Below are positions 59,373-64,000 of a stretch of 64,000 nucleotides of DNA, piece by piece. The notes under the pieces are model-generated. The model was not told where the DNA came from and made no database searches. It was given only the letters and a program-made list of their open reading frames with translations. Positions within the stretch are counted from its first letter, which is position 1; the number at the start of each line of letters is the position of its first letter. Made by a program: the position numbers and the translations under genes. The DNA is from Blastocatellia bacterium (lineage in GTDB: Bacteria > Acidobacteriota > Blastocatellia > UBA7656), in contig CAVXWP010000017.1 in NCBI GenBank assembly GCA_963765495.1, positions 126,735-190,734 of the forward strand. The letters run 5' to 3'.

Positions 59373-60785
59373 TCAAGCGGGCTGTTCTATAAAGGATGGG
59401 ATCTCCGCTTTTCGCAGCAGATCGCCCAGATGGCTGGTTACGCCGACGTGACCGACCAGGATTATCCCTTCACCCGTCCCCCGAACTTTCGATATCAGTT
59501 CGCGGAGTTCGTCTATCCCGGCGCTCACTTCGAAGCGGTGATAGCGACTGGCCTCTCCCTGATGAACGACAGAACCCTGGCTTGTAGTTTTGCCGGAGTG
59601 AATCTGAACTATCCAGGTGGAATCGTTTCTGTCATGTACCCACTCCATGCGCACAGGGCCGAGAAGCCCGGATGCCTGTTTGTAGAGTTGCTTGACCGAA
59701 TCTATAACACCTTCCGGCAGCGCCTCTACTTCGGCAACGCCCACCATGAATTTATCCCCATATCCGTGTGTGCCTTCGATCTTAACCTCCCCGTCAGCCT
59801 GAACTATCAATGAGCCGGAAAAGAGCGCGTCGATCCCCTCTTGAGCGAGCGTAGAGGCGATCTGCGTTCCATCCGGGTCCTCCTCAGATAAGAGTCTGTA
59901 TGGATCGCACCATCCGCGCTGCGTGGTGAAATGTCCCGGGTCCTGCACGACCGGACAGGTGCGTATCCAAATCTCGCCGCTTCGAGTCGGCTGCCCAAAA
60001 GAGAACGGCGCGAGAAGACGCGGGATTACGGTTGTCGCAGGCACGGGAAGGCAAAGCGTATCGGCTACGAGCAGGCCGAAGGCCTTATCGCCCATAAAGC
60101 GGCTGAGGAGATTCGGCCACCGGATTGCCGTCGAAATATCGTGAGAGTCAACCTCTTCCATCTCCCAGATAATCGTATGGTCGTGGCGGAAACCTCTCCT
60201 TAAGGGATGGAGGCTGAATTCAACACGCGCCCCTGGACCGAACGCGAGCGCAGGGCGAAAATGATAGACCTTTTCCAGCAGCGCGATCCCCACCTCGCGC
60301 GGGAACGAAACGGTTCCTGGCTTTTCAACACAACGAGGCGTATCTCCGGGGGCCACTTCGATCACACCCCCGAGCGCCACACCCGAAACCCCGCCGTCGT
60401 GTATGTCTATCGTCTCATTGACGATGGTATATAACCCTTCACTCGCGAGACGACGGACGCCCTCAACTACGTCATAAACCTTTTGCAGGCCGTATATGAA
60501 TTCGCGGCTCTTGGGATTTTCAGGCGTGAAGCTGCGCACGTTTACCGACTTGTCAGGACTAACTGCGAGCAACGCGCCAACCGCGTCTTCAATACTGTTA
60601 AATTTATGATTCGGTGTGCACTCGCGCACTCTGGAGTATCGCTGACTCAGGTCGGGGCCGAAGCTGACAAATTGAGCTACGTTTGCTTTTTCGCTCAACC
60701 TGTCGAGCACAGCATCCTTGACGAGCAAGCCGTTGCCGACAGGAGTGATGCGAGCGAAATTCGATACAGATTCACTTTCTTTCAT
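59373..60785 (-). CDS. PEP-synthase/PPDK-like protein: tandem ATP-grasp-like domains plus a minimal phosphohistidine swivel
   Basis: GDKAFGL...LPVP, QEGI...SG, IEG..G.GD..M.G and EW......WIVQ are PPDK_N-like; C-terminal GVTSHLGDLLRKAEIPS matches GG.TSH.AI.ARE.GIP. GGAGG ribosome-binding site before ATG 60785. Confidence 0.7.
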   Translation of the reverse strand: MKESESVSNFARITPVGNGLLVKDAVLDRLSEKANVAQFVSFGPDLSQRYSRVRECTPNHKFNSIEDAVGALLAVSPDKSVNVRSFTPENPKSREFIYGLQKVYDVVEGVRRLASEGLYTIVNETIDIHDGGVSGVALGGVIEVAPGDTPRCVEKPGTVSFPREVGIALLEKVYHFRPALAFGPGARVEFSLHPLRRGFRHDHTIIWEMEEVDSHDISTAIRWPNLLSRFMGDKAFGLLVADTLCLPVPATTVIPRLLAPFSFGQPTRSGEIWIRTCPVVQDPGHFTTQRGWCDPYRLLSEEDPDGTQIASTLAQEGIDALFSGSLIVQADGEVKIEGTHGYGDKFMVGVAEVEALPEGVIDSVKQLYKQASGLLGPVRMEWVHDRNDSTWIVQIHSGKTTSQGSVVHQGEASRYHRFEVSAGIDELRELISKVRGTGEGIILVGHVGVTSHLGDLLRKAEIPSFIEQPA

Positions 60786-61026
60786 GCTTCCTCCACATCC
60801 GTACAAGCCTGAGGGCGGCCTACCACCCCTGCTCGCCCATAAGTAAACAGATCAATTTCGACTGAGTTTATCATAGACTCGGCAAGCTATCGCAACAGCG
60901 AAAATCGCTTAATGAAATGAATCGCCTGGCTGAATACGATGAAGAACTGATCAGGAAATATCTTTTACTGATCGACCTCGAAGAATTCAAAATTCGCGAA
61001 AAACAATTACAAGATAATGACTCCAA

Positions 61027-61128
61027 GTAAAGCACCGGCATGGTGCAACGCCAACCACAGCGCTGACGCACATCGCCCTCGTGGGGACGCTCGAGGGCAA
61101 GACGCTTGAATGGATGGACCCCGGCTGA
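61027..61128 (+). pseudogene. C-terminal remnant of a cupin-domain protein
   Basis: Manual translation VKHRHGATPTTALTHIALVGTLEGKTLEWMDPG* matches the cupin motif KHWHGA.P...MTHIAI.E...G..V.W; no start or 5' part. Confidence 0.7.
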
Positions 61129-61222
61129 AAGTCGGTGTTTTAACCTGCTAAAGCGTATGAACTCCATTTATTCACGCACTTGCAGGGATTGAGTATCATA
61201 TTCCGTATCACATTGGCATTCA

Positions 61223-61253
61223 GAAAAAGAAAAAGCCAGCTTACACTGGCTTT
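61223..61253 (-). terminator. intrinsic terminator downstream of the tRNA 3' fragment
   Basis: Minus strand AAAGCCAG-tgtaag-CTGGCTTT followed by TTCTTTT. Confidence 0.65.
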
Positions 61254-61269
61254 AACTTGTTGATTATAA

Positions 61270-61316
<47 letters not shown>

Positions 61317-61495
61317 TAAAGTCCTCATACCGTTCCGTCAACATTTACCTTTGCTATCAATAAATTAAATCGTCGTATGACGACAGGAAGCGCCACGAGA
61401 GGACTTGATTCCGCAACCTCAGGTGACACAGCTACTGACACACTATCAGAAAGAGGAGCATAGGCGAGGGAAAATGTTATTGTCAATGAAGCAAG

Positions 61496-62445
61496 CTATG
61501 TAAGTTTGTGACAAGGCTCAAACGGCTCTGCTGGCTCTGAAAAGAAAACAGGGATCAGCTTTGAGATTTCATTTCGAGCCTCACTTTTCCCTAGCCCGCG
61601 AAGCGAGTCCAGTTCTTTTAAACCGTCTAATGCATACCGGCCTACCGCAACAGTGGGATTAATACGAAATATATTGTCCTTACCCACCAGATGTTTTGCC
61701 ATACCAAGAGCACCCGAGGCTTGGCCTGCCATAAAAGCATCTGTAGCCTTTGCCGCCCAGTATGCTGCACCAGGTCTACCCTTACGAGCCCGATCAATAC
61801 TAGCTGGTTCTTCGGTGCAGCCAATGCTGAGGATTCGAACATCTTCAGCAGGCCATTCGAGTATCGTGATTGCCTCAACTGCGGCTACAGCTATTGGATT
61901 ATTAGCCCAGAGACCGCCATCAATGAATGGGATTCCTTCCGCAGACGTAAAGGCTGGAAAGTAAGTAGGGGCAGCGGCTGTCAGCCATAGCTGCCGTAAC
62001 TGCTTGTTCCAAGTAATCCACCCTCAAGTGTTCGTGATGAGAGGTCTTATAGATATAAACTTTTAGAGTATCCAAATTCAGCGAAGGTATAACCAGTCGA
62101 GTTCGGGATTCACCTATCAAACGGGTGCCAAATTTTTCCTGGAGTTTGTCCCGAAGAACATCGGGATTGTACTTTGAGAATTTGAGCCATTTAAGAGTTT
62201 TGAATATGCGGTTGCCCTTAAAGATATCCGGCCCAAGGTTCAAATAGAAATCTAGTAGGTCTGAGGCACTAAATCCCAGCCCCAAACCAATAGCTATGTT
62301 GCCTCCGGTTGATGTGCCGACGATTAAATCAAAATACTTCACCGATAGGCTTGTCTAGCTGTGCTTCGATTGTGGCAAAGAACGAGGCTGGAAATACACC
62401 TTTAATTCCACCACCATCAATTGAGAGAATTCTTCGTATGCCCAT
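61496..62445 (-). pseudogene. capV: CBASS patatin-like phospholipase effector (CapV-like), two frameshifts in this sequence
   Basis: ILSIDGGGIKG, FDLIVGTSTGG, AAPTYFP and IDGGLWANNP across three frames, with shifts near 62340 and 61982. Confidence 0.85.
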
Positions 62446-62899
62446 TAAATTTGGAGTGGCGTGACTTCCCTCCTCTTTGCTCCCACGCCGTGCTCTATTC
62501 CTTCCCCATACCAAACCCCAGTCGCAAGCCACACTTCATAGAAGTAGAGCCATAATGAGATCCAGGGAACGACATAAGTTGCAATGAGTTTGTGGGGATT
62601 CCACTCACCATTCCTCGGATAATACAGGCAAGGATACTCCCCTTCATAAACATGTGGGATGGGTCCTGGTCATCCCTCTTTTGAAGCGCAGGCGACAAGA
62701 GACGTTATTTCTGGCCAAAATCCCAATAGGTACTCAATCTTAAACATGTAAGCTTGAGCCAGCCTCGTGTGCGTAATCGGGCCTGTCCATACACCTTTTC
62801 TATCCGTGCCGCTAAAGCGAAGCTTGGGGAAATAGGCGCTCATACTACTGCGCTGTTGCAGCATTGTAAGAACTTTTCTCTTACGTACTTAATCGCCAT
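62445..62899 (-). pseudogene. CBASS stand-alone E2 ubiquitin-conjugating-like protein (short Cap2), frameshifted
   Basis: VWTG...Y.FKIEY, then PCLYYPRNGEWNPHKLIATYVVPWISLWLYFYEVWLATGVWYGEGIEH in another frame. Its stop overlaps the capV ATG (TAATG). Confidence 0.8.
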
Positions 62900-64000
62900 A
62901 AACATGTTCTTACAAACGGGGATCGTATCCGCGCTCTTTATGCTATGATAATCCCTGTGCCTTTTTCCACCTGTAGGCTCTCTGAAGGACGTAGACTAGC
63001 GACGGCTTGGGCTTGGCTCTTGATTGCTTCATTCACCCGTCTTTCGCCAAATAGATTTTTCAGGCCAGGATCCACCTGGCAAACCAGCCGCCTGATTTAC
63101 CGCACGCCACTCATTACGGAATTCCGTGATCCAGTCCTTGAACTCGGTATACAGATACCGATCAGCTTCCCATCTTTCGCTGAATTTTTCTTCCCTGTTC
63201 ATTGGGTTTTCAACTTCAAGGATCGAACCGTCTGTAGGAAGACTGGATACAATTCCTTCAAGAATAGCCATCAAAGTCTCATTGACGGATTCCTGCCCAA
63301 GTAGTTCTCGGCGCTCAGGGTTGTCAAAACAATGGATATTGCAACCTTGGAATCATATCCAAGCTTGATGTCACGATAGCGCTTGATTAGCTGTACAGCT
63401 CGCTTGAGAGGCGGCTTTAATTCAAGCGGCTCTTGATGTGGCACAGGCTGGATTGATTTTAAGTAGACTTCAAATTCCGAAGATTTTGCTATTTTCTCGA
63501 ACCATCCCGCATACCCTTTTCGATTTGAAGGCTTCCAGTCGTCAGCCTTTCGGTCAGGAACAACAACACAATAAGGTCCTCTAGCGCTATCAGGACACGC
63601 CGGAAGTATGTCGAGATGGAACTGGTGCTGTAGTTCACACGAACGCACCTGTTCATTCGCTAACTTTCCCTTATCCTCATAGAGCCCGTTTGCTTTCGGC
63701 CATCTTTCGATATCATTCAACAGTCCAACTGGATCAGGCAGTTTTCGAGTTAAGACGCATCATTTCACAAACAAGATCAAGGTCGTATTCCTGCTGTCCA
63801 TGTGGCTTTACTGTTGTACCGATACGGAAAGCCACCCTTGAGGGTAGATATCTGGATCATACTTGGCGACCGGGGCTTCCTTCAGTCTGTAAGGGTTATT
63901 GCCTATCGCCTGATAGTGCTCCACAGCCAGCTTATAGTCTGTGGGGCTGAGTTGAAGACTATTAACAGAGTCTGTGCAAAAGGTCATCTAACGATGTGAT
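62889..64000 (-). pseudogene. cGAS/DncV-like nucleotidyltransferase (CD-NTase), several frameshifts, start beyond the window
   Basis: Across frames: IYPQG/FRIGTTVKP...EYDLDLVC, RCVRVNY/FHLDILPA, SN.KGYA.WF, PLKRAVQLIKRYRD, ISIVLTTL and ENPMN.EEKFSERW; reconstructed C-terminus ...KNMF/YGD*. Confidence 0.87.

Noticed and set aside
60913-61030. Short plus-strand ORF ending ...REKQLQDNDSK
   Set aside because: Under 40 aa, no recognisable motif and within island debris; cannot be supported as a gene.
61920-63950. Programmed frameshifting in the CBASS genes
   Set aside because: Too many shifts in different directions and no slippery-site pattern; sequence error or decay is more likely.

Overview
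GC-rich bacterial chromosomal segment, most likely Acidobacteriota (inferred from an acidobacterial-type VWA protein, an Oar-like TonB-dependent receptor and a fragment resembling an acidobacterial orphan permease). Bases 1-54,100 are core-like: rlmI (partial), folK, a kynurenine cluster (kynU, kynA, enoyl-CoA hydratase, RidA), an S8 protease, pgsA, ndk, trpE, a hisIE with a dead HisI half, cheR, moaC and moeA. This part also holds (i) an uncharacterised ~15-kb envelope operon (beta-propeller, VIT-vWA, 2609-aa TPR protein, 617-aa secreted protein) interrupted by a REP-flanked RAYT transposase, and (ii) an orphan ParM/StbA-like actin preceded by a highly structured ~160-nt leader RNA. Intergenic spaces carry many families of inverted 7-9-mer tandem-repeat elements that often overlap stop codons. 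From ~54,100 the window is accessory. It contains a GT2-methyltransferase fusion, a membrane/GAF-like protein, a candidate new two-gene system (tandem ATP-grasp/phosphohistidine PEP-synthase-like enzyme plus an NDT/DUF4406-like N-glycosidase) split by an IS982 remnant, and a displaced tRNA-Asp 3' half (att site). Beyond the att site lies a frameshift-riddled E2-type (type II short) CBASS operon: CD-NTase, E2 and a patatin/CapV effector. All calls come from motif recognition by eye; no database searches were run.
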